A DNA stretch of 64,000 bases from Hamiltosporidium tvaerminnensis FI-OER-3-3. Its lineage: Eukaryota; Fungi; Microsporidia. Position 1 is the stretch's first letter. The number at the start of each line of letters is the position of its first letter. The translations under genes were made by a program, and so were the position numbers. Under the pieces are notes generated by a model. That model had not been told where the DNA came from. It saw only the letters and a list, made by a program, of their open reading frames with translations, and did not search any database. Shown here piece after piece: positions 27,624 through 40,342 of this stretch. The DNA lies in contig JAKIMF020000001.1 of assembly GCA_022605425.2 (NCBI GenBank), forward strand, positions 186,001 to 250,000. Direction: 5' to 3'.

Positions 27624-29343
27624 TTAGTAATTCTTTTTCGATACTTTAAAAATCTTAACTACGTTAGTTTCAAATTTATTCTTGATCATTTCAGCAATCA
27701 TTACCTCGAAAAGCTCAATATTAATACCCTCGGTTTGCATTGCGAAATATTTGTCGCCAAAAAGACAACGAGCTTGATTTGCGAGTCCAATATTTGGATG
27801 AAGTTCGTTAATATGTTCTGATATTATTTCAAGTTTGGAGCCCGAATGATTTTCTACTAGAATTATAAGCTCTTGTATCTCTTTGAGATAACTGGTCATC
27901 TTTTTGATTTGAGCACTTTTTTCCTCCCAATCACTAAATCTATGAATCATCAAGTTATACAAATCCTTTGGTTGTTCTAAAGAAGAATTTCCCGAAAAAA
28001 GTTCCGAAGAAAGATTCGATAAGGGGTTCGAAGTTGGTTTTCCTGAAGAAGGATTTAGAGAAAATCCGTAAAATTGAATTTTCAGAAATGAATTCGAAGT
28101 TGAATCTCCCGAAGAATGATTCTTCGAATCGCATTGTTCTTTGATTTTATCAAGTTCTGTTTTTACTTCACCCATTAATAATTTTTTTTGATCAATAATT
28201 TTACGTATAAAATTTTGATAATACTCATTTACAGATAGAAAAATATAAAGGTTTCATTTCTGACTTTTTTCTAGATTTAGATTTGTTATCTCTTAGGAAT
28301 TGAATAAATTTATCCTTTTGATTTTCATTAGAATTTGATTTTTCAATACGGTTTATTTTTTTGGCTCTATTCATGTTTCTATCTTGGTTAAATCCTTTGG
28401 TTCATTGTAACCACAATTAAAAAATCTACAAAGTGGTATTTCAAGTAGTTTTTTTGTACAAATATCTTTTACTATTTTGTGCATATGGAAGCCAATTATT
28501 TCTTTAAAAACTTCCGATCCATTGACTATGTTAGTCATTAAATCTTAAAAAGATATCCAATATAATGAATCGAATTTTTTTTTTGATCTATGTATGACAA
28601 AAATCGAATTTTCAGAAGAAGCTTTCTCTTTTAACAAGTTTATGTTATCATCGGATAAAAGAAATTTAGAAGTTAGTTTATAATTCTCAAAAAAAGCAAA
28701 GATGTTGAGTATTAAATTCCAGAAACTGTAAACACATAAATTCATAACAATTTTATATTCTTTTGATCTAGAATCATTTAAATTTTTTAGAAATATATTT
28801 TCTGGATATTCTGTGGCTTCTGTTTTAAGTCCCGATATAGATAACATTATTTTATCATCGATATAGGAGAGAAGTAAAGGATCATCATCATATTTTAGAG
28901 AATTAAACAATTGATTAAAGAACTTTTGTTTGATTTTTTCGTTCTTATATTGTTCAAGAAATAATTCCTCACAGCCTTTGATATTGTCTTTAGAATATTC
29001 TCTAACTAAATTACAAAAGTATTTATAATCTTTTTTTCCGGAGGCAATTTTTGAAAAGCAAAAGCGATTTTTTCTAAATTTACTAGCATTCTGTTTTTGA
29101 TTGACTTGACACTGTAATATTTATTCAATACTTTGGAAAAAAATACAAATAATTTATAATTATCTGAGTTGTTCAAAACTCTTCTATATATCAACGAGTT
29201 CTTATTATCATAAATAACAAAATCTGTTATAGATTTGATAAATTTTGTATTTGTTCTAAAATTGATTTTTTTACGGTTTTATTTTGTTTTTTAGCCGTTT
29301 TACAAGTCATAAGAAAACAAATGTTGAATATAATTGTCTTCAT
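27624..29343 (-). pseudogene. Decayed paralogue of the secreted-protein family (14594-16291)
   Basis: Starts MKTIIFNICFLMTCKTAKK at 29343 (cf. MKKYILIICFLMFCNTSRKK) and has ITDFVIYDNKNSLIYRRV (cf. QTDIVIYNDEKSFMYTKI). Broken into ORFs 29006-29194, 28545-28910 and 27624-28175. The 3' end is approximate. Confidence 0.75.
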
Positions 29344-32300
29344 TTTTTAGAATTCGAAATTTGGAAAACTATAAATATCTTTGTATTAATTTACTTAAAA
29401 TGGCATTTGATTTTGATTATGCCATTTTGGTCATTCTAGTTTTTTGCAATTCACATTTATTTGTTCGCAAGTCATTTTATTTGTTAGAAAGAATAAAGAA
29501 ATACTGGTTTTTAATGAAATGTCTTTCCTGTCAGTAGCAGTAGAATTTTATTCGTAAAATTTTTCTGAAAAAGAAAATTCCTGAGCACATCTATTTATAT
29601 TTTAAAGAAGGATTTCAATAATATAATATGGAAAAAATTAAAACAGCAATAATTTTAAAAACATTGGTTTCTATTCTTTAATAATTATAATAATTACTTT
29701 TTATAACCGGCAAATAAATCCGAAAAAAAATATAATTTTAAATTATTCCAAGATTTAGCTTAAAAGAGTATTTTTAATAATCAAATATAAAGGATTGGGT
29801 CTTTTTATTTTATAGTTTCAAAGTCGAAAATAAGGATTAAAATACTTTATTCGGTCAATTTTACGTAATAAAACACGGAAATTATAATTTTATTGAAGCA
29901 TACAACCCACTTAATTTTCTTATCGGCTAATCATCAGGAATTTTAGGCGAAATTTTTGCCAGATTTGTGGCTAATATGATACTTTTGTAAGCTTAAAACC
30001 TTCTTAACTTTTTGTATAGTTCTTACATTCTTATATGAGCTTTGGCATTTTTTCCTATGATTGGTTGCTTCAAGTATAACTATAGTTAGAAGTATTGTTT
30101 ATTGGTTGTTATTCCACATTTTTTGTTTTTTTGTTGCGTAAATGTAATGTAAATTATTTTTAGCGATTTCTCGAATCCGGAATTTTTCATCTAAAATATC
30201 AATTTTTTTAATATAAGAAAAGATTTATATACTTGGAAATTGGAAATGTGATTTCGAGTTTGATTAAATAGAATGGTAGTAAATCGTTTATTGTCTAAAT
30301 GACCTGGATTTGTTTTAATAGATATTTCAGTGTTATATATTAAACCATTATATCAAATAATTAGAACACCAACCCAAAAAACAATCAATTAATTCAAAAT
30401 CAAAATATATAATGCATCCATATTGTAAAATGGTCATTACATAAATCTCAAGGAATCAATATGCGCCAATTCATAAATAAACCGGTTTCAAAGTATTGCT
30501 TTACAATCGAAATATTCTACTGTCCTTCAAATTCTGCAATCGGTCTGCTCAAGATACAAACTCGTTTTTTTGGAAAGAGAAACTGCTATTTAAAAATAGT
30601 TATAGTTTGCTTACTTTTAGGCACGAAAAATAGTAGCAAATATCTATTATAAATATTTCACTAAAATAGATACAGATTAATATTTAACATATTTTATAAA
30701 TTTTGCTTCGTTCATGTTGTAAAATTCAGTTATATACCCGAAATACACCTTTTTTATTTACATAATGCATTTTCAAAAAAAAAAAACATTATTTAATTCT
30801 TTGTTCGATTATATATTGTCTAATGGAACAAAAAATTGCAAATTGAACATTATAATTATCTCCCAATCATTGCTTACGTTAAAAAAATGAGGATTGAGTT
30901 TTAATCTAAACCTATAAAAAAAACTTAATTTTATTCTGAAAAATAAATAGTCTAAATAAAATCACAAGATTGTTTTTTTAAAATTAACATATAAAAAATA
31001 CACTATAAATCTATTCCTAGAATTTCTATAATAGAATGTATCCATAAAGTAACCTTTAACAAATAATAGGTGTTTTATCCGAGAAATACAATGCTCTGTA
31101 TTTTTCTCTTTTTTATACGTGCATTGTTTTTTTTTAATTTATCTTCGCCATTTTGATTACATGCTTCATATGTAATGTTCCATCGAAACAGTGACAAAAT
31201 TTATTTTTATGTTATAATAAAACGCTTTTTTCTCCGCTGAGTGTACTAAAGTCATATTGTGATGATTAGTATCCAGGGTCTTTAAGTATTAATAAATATC
31301 TAGTCCCTATAAATATCCAATTTAATAATTTAACACACAAATGTAGCTGTAAATATCTCGTTGTATTTGCTGGTACTTCAAGATTCGCTAGATAATAATT
31401 GTGAAATTTTTATAAATGTATCACGTTGAAGCATATATTTCATAGTTTTAATGAATAAGAATCAACTTATAGAAAAATAGTCGATTTAAAGATCTTTTCG
31501 TGCTATGAATTTGATATTTATCTTACGAAAAAAAATTTAACCTTTGTATTATAATTTGATTAAATTTTAGAGCAATAACTAAATTGAGAAGTTTACTGTC
31601 AGAATTTAAAAATTATTTCCTTTTTTGATTCCATCTTATTTCTGCGACAAATTGTCTGCTTTGTAATTAGAGTGATTCTAGATGGGTTTTGTAGATTAAT
31701 TTAGTATTTTTTAGAGGAACAACAGTTACACGCTTGAAAATTATTGTACAGCCAGATAATAGTTACATTTCAAGAATTTTATGTCAACAAGTCGCAAAAA
31801 CGGCATCAGAACTTCTAAAAATTCTTAAATATTAGCGCCTTTTCTGCAATCATACTACATTTCAACCTTGGTATAGTAGAATACGCACAGTAACGAATTA
31901 TTGTGTTTGATTTCTTCAAAAATTTTACAAAAACACAGACAGCTTCTAAATTTGGCTTAAAATAATCCAGAGTTTAACTTTTTTTACTACCTACGAATTT
32001 AGTTTTAAATTTTATTGATTCGCTTTTTAAAAAAATTTACTTTATGGCTGCTTTTTATCCTAAATTTAATTGGTAATAAGCTTTTTATTTGTTGTAGAAT
32101 GAATTTTGTAACTAGTTCTTTTTCTTTAAAAATAGTGGTATTTACAATAATATTTTAAGAACTTAACGAAGAATTTACTCTGCCCGTTCCGCCTTAGATG
32201 TATTTAATTAGTTCTGATCTAAGTAAAAGAATGGTCTTTCGTAATGATTCGAGTGTGTTTTGTTTCTATTCACGACATAATTGTAACATCATTTGATTTA

Positions 32301-34129
32301 AGATATACGCTGATTCAAATCAATGTATTCAAAGTAGTAGGTTATTCAATTATTGTATGCGCATTTTTTTAAAAAAAATTACAATATTCAATTGTGTTAA
32401 GAGTTTCTATGATTTGAATATATGTTATATTTATGAACAAACGATCCAAGTGTTTTCATTTTATCCATTACTTTTCGTTTCCATTCTTAATACCATACCA
32501 ATAATTAATTCTTAAGAAAACGCGAATTACTTACAAACTTACGAGTTCGATCTATAGTTGGTACACAATTTATGTTTCGAAACCAGGAGGTTTGTGTTTG
32601 CCAGAAATTTTAACTATTCAGAAGAACTATGTCTGAAACGACTAAATAGAAGGCGAAGCCTTAATCTACTCGTAATTATGTTCTCATTTTGCGAAATACA
32701 CAATCTAAAAAAATCCTAAATACTAAATACGAACGCAAGAATGAGGTTTTTTTGCTAAAAATATCATTTATGTGCATTTTTCGTTTGAATCCCTAAACTT
32801 TTCGTAATGAAGATGATTTTACTTCTAATCGACAGTACTATAATACTCTTATCTACAGAAGGACAATTAAATTCGTTGTTAAAAGGTTAAGGATTTACAT
32901 TTTAAATATTTTTTCACATACACGGTCACATTTGCTATTTCTGGTTAATTCTGTGGCTCAACATATGAAACTAACCCAGAAACAAAATTTTAACGACTAT
33001 TTTTAAGCTAAATACCTACGTTAAATATTTAAGACATGAACATTCCTGGTTTTTTTGACAAAACATTTTTCTAGTTAGGAATCATAAATATCTAATATAG
33101 GAACTCAATCATAATCAAAATTTATCTAATCATTGGTAAGATTAGAATTATATGCTTTTTAATTCGAGTAATTTTCTTTTTTGGTAATTCTCATATCTTT
33201 TATTTAAATAAAGACTGATAAATCCAGGTTTTTGGTTCTCTGTGCGCTCTTTTCGATTCAAATTGATTCTTAACTAATCATATACGTTTCTCGATTTCGA
33301 ACTGAACAAATTTTTTATGCTTTTTCTATAACTCAAATAACTTCTTAATACATGTTAAAGATTATTTGTCTGTATTTCATTATCAGATTATACTTTGACC
33401 TGTTTTTTGCCTCCTATAACATGACCAAATCACTTTTGATCTAAAGATATAATTTTTACAGTAAAATTAAGATGTTTCTGATGTTATTAAGATTTAAAGT
33501 AAAGTAATTATAAATATTATCGATTTCACAGCTTTTCAGTTTAAAAAGAGATCAGGAAAATTTATATGTATATCAAGTAAAGTATATGTGGATTAGATAG
33601 TATATGAGTCAAATGTATATTTTATCAAAGGATGTGACTTTTATTTTTTTTTGTTCAGGATTATCCAATCAAAAGTCCCATTTTTCTATAAATTAATTGC
33701 ATGAAATCCTTCTTATTTTCATAGACTTAATAAATGCTCAATTCATTCCACCTCTATTTCCAATTTCAGCTCAAATAAATAAAAAAATAAAGAAAAATTT
33801 CACTATTTCCTTTTTTCAGGCAAACTTTCATACAATGAAGGTTCAGATTTTTTTGTTACTGTCCAAATATTAAAGGAAAATACACATTAATTTTTTATCG
33901 CATTGTAGTTTTTATAAAAATATTACGAAAATGACAAATATGGAATTAGAAAACATAAAAGACTTCGAATTATTGAAAATTTTCCTCTTAAAATTAATTG
34001 TAAGTAGAAAAGTGGGTTTTATAGCCAATTAGCAATATATATAAACATTAAAAGTGTAGGGTATATCTGACAGATGTTGACAACGCCGTAAAAGAAGTAA
34101 CAACATATTCTAATAATATAGCAGAAACC

Positions 34130-34650
34130 TATGTTTTGCCTCTATGCATTTTTCTGCTTATACTGGAATAAAGACAATGTTTCTGTAAGTCACAAAAAAA
34201 TACAGCGGGTTTAAGCAAGAGGAAACAGAACTGTTTCCAAAGCGAGTTAAATTTTCAGAATTCCAGCTTTGAAGGCGCGATGGTATGATTTCGAAAATGA
34301 CTGCAAATTATCTTAGAAAAATACAGATGGATTTTGTCGATATGCGTAAATACTCAACAGATATTGACGGCTTTCGATGGATCTTAAACATTCATAGATG
34401 TACCCAGCAAGTGTTTATTTGGAATATATTTACGAAAAAGTCAGTTGCCGCTATTGCGAATGCGCTGGAAATCTCATTATTATCGAAGGTTCACGCAGTT
34501 TCCTAAAACCGGAAATGAAAAACTAGTTTGTGAGCCCCAGATTTAACAAATATTTGCCGGATACAATATTTCTTTTATTACTGGAACTGCAAGCCACTTA
34601 CAAAATCAAAGTTAGGTTAGAATATCCAATCAAAAATAGTAAGCAAGCTT
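34130..34650 (+). pseudogene. rve-type DDE integrase/transposase relic (KRBA2/SCAND3/Ginger2-like)
   Basis: YTGIKTMF..TKKYSG resembles the zinc-binding region; KIQMDFVDMRKYSTDIDGFRWILNI resembles R.QIDLVDM...DGYKWIL; KSVAAIANAL; QNQS*V resembles PQSQGQVER. Frameshifted. Confidence 0.7.
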
Positions 34651-35704
34651 GCTATGAATTTGAGAATATCTCAACTAGAAACATTGATTGAATTATAATA
34701 GAAAATGGGGCTTAGCCGCAATCAAACTTGGATCAAACTAATGATGAAAACTCGGAAGGAAGTATTTAGACGTTGCATATGAAAAACTGCTATTAAATTC
34801 GAAGCAGTGTAATTTGATAAGAAATTCTTTGAGCTTCAAACTAAAGAAATATATTCTTAACTTTGATCAAAACATCGAAGTGTAGTTTTATTAAGATAAA
34901 CCAGATAGAAAAAGTCAATTGTCTAATTAAATAGATATTTTATTCTACAGTTTCACTCCTTTTTTAAAAAATACCAGTCCTTTTTGAAAATTGATGCGGA
35001 TATGCAATGCACTTTTTTCGTTTGAAATTTAATCCTTGATATCTAGTACTCCCTAAAGAGCGAGTGAGTTAATAGCAACCAAAAAACAAAAAAACTATGC
35101 AAAATATTTGGCTTTTATAAGGAAGAGTTTCGAAAAGTTCTTTGAAGCGGTGACAACTTTTTAATATAATGCGATTGAAGGCAAAAATTGTTTGCAAAAT
35201 CACATTAAAACCCATTATTATGATGAATTATCTCATCTAGACGACACTATGAATACTTAGGGTAAATTGTTAGACAAATATTGTTTTCGTCTTTAAGATT
35301 AGTATGTTCAATTTTTTTAATACGAATTTCTCAATGATTGTTTTCTTTCTTTATTTTTTTTTCAACATATTCGCATTTCTTAAAATAGAAAGAATTAGCA
35401 AAAGAAAAAAATATATTACGAAATGAGAATTGCATATAGAAAGAATTTGTGTAAATAAATGAATTAAATAATATAAATAGATTTGATTCCCCTCTTTAAA
35501 CTTTAATTTGAAAATTTTTGGTGGTTTTAATGAGTTGAAATTTATTATACATACTCGTTTCTTTTTTTAATATTTCTAAATTTCAATATTCTTAAATTTA
35601 ATATTCTTAATTCTTCTTAAACTTTCCTTCATTGTTTTATTTAATAGTCATTCCTGCTACAAGCAATTATGCAGTAAAAAATATTTTTTTATTTACAAAA
35701 CTCG

Positions 35705-35720
35705 CCCAAAAGACCCACAA
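35705..35720 (+). promoter_or_regulatory. Microsporidian CCC start-proximal motif
   Basis: GCCCAAAAGACCCACAA-ATG. CCC-like motifs immediately upstream of ATG are an established feature of microsporidian genes. Confidence 0.65.
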
Positions 35721-37403
35721 ATGCATAAAATTATAAATCAAATAGAAGAAAATAAAATATCACTTGAAAAGGCATTTTCACTGGTAAAAAACAAGCCATA
35801 TTTCATCGATCTTTATATCTACCGTAACAATATAACTTCCTCGATATTTATCCCCTATTTCGACCAACTTTCTAATCATTCAAAATGTCTTTTAATTCCT
35901 TTATATTTAACCACCTTTCCTACCTCGGATATGTTTTTAGACAAAGAATTAGAAATAATGGTTATAAAAAAATATTTATTAAGAAATAACACCTCTCAAG
36001 TATCTCATATAAATAACACCCTAGAAAAACCTCATATAAATAACACCCTAGAAGAATCTCATATAATTAACACCTCCCAAGTATCTCATATAAATAACAC
36101 CTCTCAAGTATCTCATATAATTAACACCTCCCAAGAATCTCATATAAATAACACCTCCCAAGAATCTCATATAAATAACACCTCTCAAGTATATGATATA
36201 ATTAACACCCCTCGTATTATCAATAACCTTCCTTCATACAATCTCTCTTTAAATTTTCTTTTAAATAATTTTACCTATAAATCAGATTTACAAGACAGGT
36301 TTATTCTTACAAATCTTATTCTAATTTTTAAAACATTTAAAATAAAACCCCTTTATACTAATAGTTCTAAAAGTACCAATATTAACACCCCTTTAGTTCC
36401 TAGTAATAATAATACATGTAAATACTGTAATAACACCCTTACAATAGAAGAGACTATTCTCTTATCAGATACTGTTAATAAGCATATGAGTAATATTAAT
36501 ATTCCTTGTTATGAAAGAGGTGTTATTATTATGGGTCTTATAATTCAAAGTATTGATATTAAGGGTTTAAAGGAATATAAATATTTTTCAAATATTTTAA
36601 ATGATTATTGGGGTGTTATTTATACAGATACCTGTAACCACTGTAAAAGTAATAAGAATAATAATAAGGAATGTGATTTAGAGGGTGTTAGTTATAAGGC
36701 GGATTCTATTATAGATAAGGGTGTTGTTAATTATATGGATGGTGATTTAGAGGGTGTTAGTTATAAGGCGGATTCTATTATAGATAAGGGTGTTGTTAAT
36801 TATATGGATGGTGATTTAGAGGGTGTTAGTTATAAGACGGATTCTTTTATAAATAAGGGTGTTAGTGATAACACTATTACCACTTTAAATAACACCCCTT
36901 TATATATTAATCTTTCTGTTTCTAAAGAAATAAGACCCTCTTATATTTTACAGGCAATTAACACCCTTAAAAAGAGGTATTGTGAATTAACAGTAAAAAC
37001 AATACCTAAATTATTAACACCCTCATCTACTTATATCCCATTATTATTTAAAAGTCTTATTCAGTATTTAACAGATAATAACACTTCAGCTATAAATGTA
37101 CCTGTTATCGACTTAATAACACTTTTACACGTTAAATATCTTAAAATAGTATATCCGTTATCGTTAGAACAGTTATTTAGTAATAACACATCATTAACTG
37201 ATAAATTAATATTTTTACAAATATTTTTTACTTTGGTCGATACAGTGGATATAATTATGGTAAAAGAGATTTATAAGTATTTTATTTATAAGTCTAAAGG
37301 TAATTTATACAATGATACAATAAAAGAAACTGCTTGTGTGTTTATAGAAAAATGTAAGACAAGAATATATTCTAACAGTCGTTGTAATAGAGATTCTTTA
37401 TGA
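35721..37403 (+). CDS. Putative Tel2-like (TTT complex) helical-repeat protein with low-complexity inserts (560 aa)
   Basis: Intact ORF with a CCC motif. LLSDTVNKHMS...CYERGVIIMGLI, IRPSYILQAI..L and LFSNNTSLTDKLIFLQIF resemble Tel2 conserved blocks (R..GM, P.YI.D, SL.QR..IL), recognised by eye only. Inserts at ~35985-36215 and ~36670-36900. Confidence 0.5.
   Translation: MHKIINQIEENKISLEKAFSLVKNKPYFIDLYIYRNNITSSIFIPYFDQLSNHSKCLLIPLYLTTFPTSDMFLDKELEIMVIKKYLLRNNTSQVSHINNTLEKPHINNTLEESHIINTSQVSHINNTSQVSHIINTSQESHINNTSQESHINNTSQVYDIINTPRIINNLPSYNLSLNFLLNNFTYKSDLQDRFILTNLILIFKTFKIKPLYTNSSKSTNINTPLVPSNNNTCKYCNNTLTIEETILLSDTVNKHMSNINIPCYERGVIIMGLIIQSIDIKGLKEYKYFSNILNDYWGVIYTDTCNHCKSNKNNNKECDLEGVSYKADSIIDKGVVNYMDGDLEGVSYKADSIIDKGVVNYMDGDLEGVSYKTDSFINKGVSDNTITTLNNTPLYINLSVSKEIRPSYILQAINTLKKRYCELTVKTIPKLLTPSSTYIPLLFKSLIQYLTDNNTSAINVPVIDLITLLHVKYLKIVYPLSLEQLFSNNTSLTDKLIFLQIFFTLVDTVDIIMVKEIYKYFIYKSKGNLYNDTIKETACVFIEKCKTRIYSNSRCNRDSL
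35985..36212 (+). repeat. In-frame 27 bp tandem array (~8 copies, SHINNTSQV/E)
   Basis: TCTCATATAAATAACACCTCTCAAGTA repeated; contains the TAACACC word. Confidence 0.92.
36675..36870 (+). repeat. In-frame 69 bp tandem array (~2.8 copies, DLEGVSYKADSIIDKGVVNYMDG)
   Basis: GATTTAGAGGGTGTTAGTTATAAG starts at 36675, 36744 and 36813. Confidence 0.95.
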
Positions 37404-40029
37404 ATATATATTTAAAGATTTAATATTATTTGTAATTTTAAAGATTTATATCTAGATTTAGAGTATGTTTGATGCGTGCTTATTATTAATCGTTTGTTTA
37501 GTTATTTGATTTGGTGGAAAAAATGTTAACATTATTTTTATTTTATTTAAAATTTTTAGTAAATGGAACTTAAGAATGTTGGTATTAGATTGCAAATAAA
37601 GGAATAAAGAAAAACCAGTCAACTAAATAAGGTCAAGCTTTTAGTATTAAAATTTATAGATAAATTTTGAATATTTAGTATTACAATTTTAAATTCTTTT
37701 ATGAATTCTTGCTAACTAGAAGATCAAATAGGAAGTTATAGTAAGCCTGCAAAATTAAAAAAAAATTCATGTGATTTTCTATTTCCTTTGTCAAAAAACC
37801 ATTTGTTTTTCAATAATTTACATTATAATAAGCGGAATGTCACGATGTATTGATTGTTTTAAGTTAAAATTTTTTTTCTTTGGAGATTTGGATTCGCTTG
37901 ATTCGAATTTAATTATAACTTTCATAAAATTTGGTAGAAAAAAATAATTAAAGTTCTAATGACAGTGTGTGGCTTGAATGTATTTTGAAGACCTTCTAAG
38001 AGGCCAATCAAGTTAGAGTTTAATGCACTAATACTGTTATCATACTTACTAAATGTGTCTAGATGAAATTTATATCTACATTACTATAAAATTCTGGTTG
38101 TATTCATTTTATAATTTCATATATCATTACGTTAATGGATTTATATAAACAAAGAATAGTAAATAAAAATTAAAGACTTTTTCTTTTTTTAACAGTAATC
38201 CAGTTTTCTAGCCAAAAGAAACATTGTTCAGCTAATTTTACGTGTCTTAACCATTATTTTAAAAACTTATAAATTGAAAAGATGGAAGAACTTTTTTTTA
38301 ATAAAATAAAATGTTAGATTTACACAAGCCTAACGACACTTGAAGTTTTTTTATGATCCTTTGTTCGAAAATTTTTACATATTTATTTCCAAAATCTATA
38401 AATTTATCAAGAATACCTTTTCAGTTCACTACACAAATACATTTTATAACACTTGTAGCGGTTTTCAAATACCTGCAAATATAATTAGTAACATATTGTT
38501 TGACAGCTTTAAAATATAGACGTTATAAAATATATACCAAAAAGAGCGAAACTGTACCCGATTTATATCAAAAGTTAGAATTAAATCTGCAGTTTAACAA
38601 TTACATTTCAAATTCATCTCAAAAAAAAATCAAATTTATATTTGTTTATATGATAATTTGTACTATTGTATGAATTAAATATTTTTGTCAATATATAAAA
38701 TGACTTGACATAAATCAATGTGTTTTGCTAAAAATTTATATTTTTTTTCTATTTTTACCCTTTTTAAGTGAATATTTGTATAAAGGGTAATATTTCCCGT
38801 TGTTTTCCTTTTGTTTTAGATCATTTTATAGCATTTTTTTGTTACAAAATAGATAGCAGCAATAGCAATATAACGTAGGCGGACTAATATGCAAGATTGA
38901 TAAGATCGTATACCTTTTATACATAAAAACATATAGTTTAAAAGTTTATATTGAAATACGGCTATAATTTAAAGTAGAAAATTATAAACAATATTTACTA
39001 GCATGCAATCATAGAAAAATTTATAATGTTTTTTTTCAGAAAATTTCCAGCATGAACTCGATCTGATATTAAAAATATATTTCTTGAACATAATCTTACA
39101 TATTTCAAGGGACTTAATTATTCTCAATATTAAGTGTATAACAGTAAATTTATGTGAAGAATCTATCATTTCCAAAAATAAAAATTTCGTTATAAAATTT
39201 ATTGTTCTTAAGTTTAAATGATACATTTTCATTTCCAGAATAATCTCTAAGCTAGTGTATTAAAAATTTTCTTTCACTATTCTTTCTTTGTTTTAAAAAT
39301 TTTCTTCAATATTCGAACAAAAAATAACGAACTCAATTCTAAAATATACAAGAATTAATAAATTATTTTATCATTCATAATAATCAACAATGTTCAACCA
39401 TGACCATTTTTTAATACAGCGGGATGTTTGAATGTTCTTAATTCCATTTATAAATATAAAAAACTTAAGTATAACTAATCTACTTTACGTTACCTGTAAA
39501 TAAAAATGTGGCTATATGAATTTTTATATTACTTGTTTCAAACATCTGGATACTAAACTCGCATATTTTTTCAAAACGTTTTTTTAAAATATTTATTTGC
39601 TTTACATATCTTTTAATATATAATTCATAGACAGTCAAATCTTAGTTTAAAATTCTTAAATTTTATATTTATACAGTTTATAAAACGTAAAATGTTGTTA
39701 AAGATTATTAGCCTTTTTACGAACTCTAGCTTTAACAGTCCTCGAATATTTAAACCACGTATTAAATACTTAAAATAAATATTCTTCTCTCGATATAAAT
39801 ATTCTTCTGTTAATATTAAAACAATAGAAATAACCAATCATTTTAAACCAACAATTACAATAAAATTTATAATACTAAATCCATCAAAAAGTATTTTCTT
39901 TGTATCTTTATTCTAATCTAAAATTACTTCACAAAATAATTATTACCTTAAACTTTGAAGGGATGCAAATTTAAAAAGATAATTAATGCACTCCTTTAAT
40001 TAAATTAAGAAAAAAAAAGGTCTTAAATA

Positions 40030-40340
40030 TTATATTTATTTGTTAAAAATTAACACACTTACATTACTTATACACTAAAACCCCCTTATCTTATAAAGCA
40101 TACTATAAAGGGTCTTAATCATAGATTTTATAAACTCCCTATCTATTAACACCTTCAGTCACCAACCAAGATGTATAAAGGGTCTTAATCATTACATTAA
40201 GCTGTGTATACTAACACCTCTTTAATCACCTACCCTGTAGTATAAAAGGTCTTACTTATCATTACAAACCCTTTCAATATATTAACACCCCTTTAATCTA
40301 CATACTAACAAAATCCTCTTATACAAATTAACACCCCAAT
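40030..40340. repeat. Degenerate ~70 bp repeats downstream of the SPX-EXS stop
   Basis: TATAAAGGGTCTTAATCAT-like units at ~40104, ~40174 and ~40241 alternate with TAACACC(T/C) words. Confidence 0.65.
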
Positions 40341-40342
40341 AA

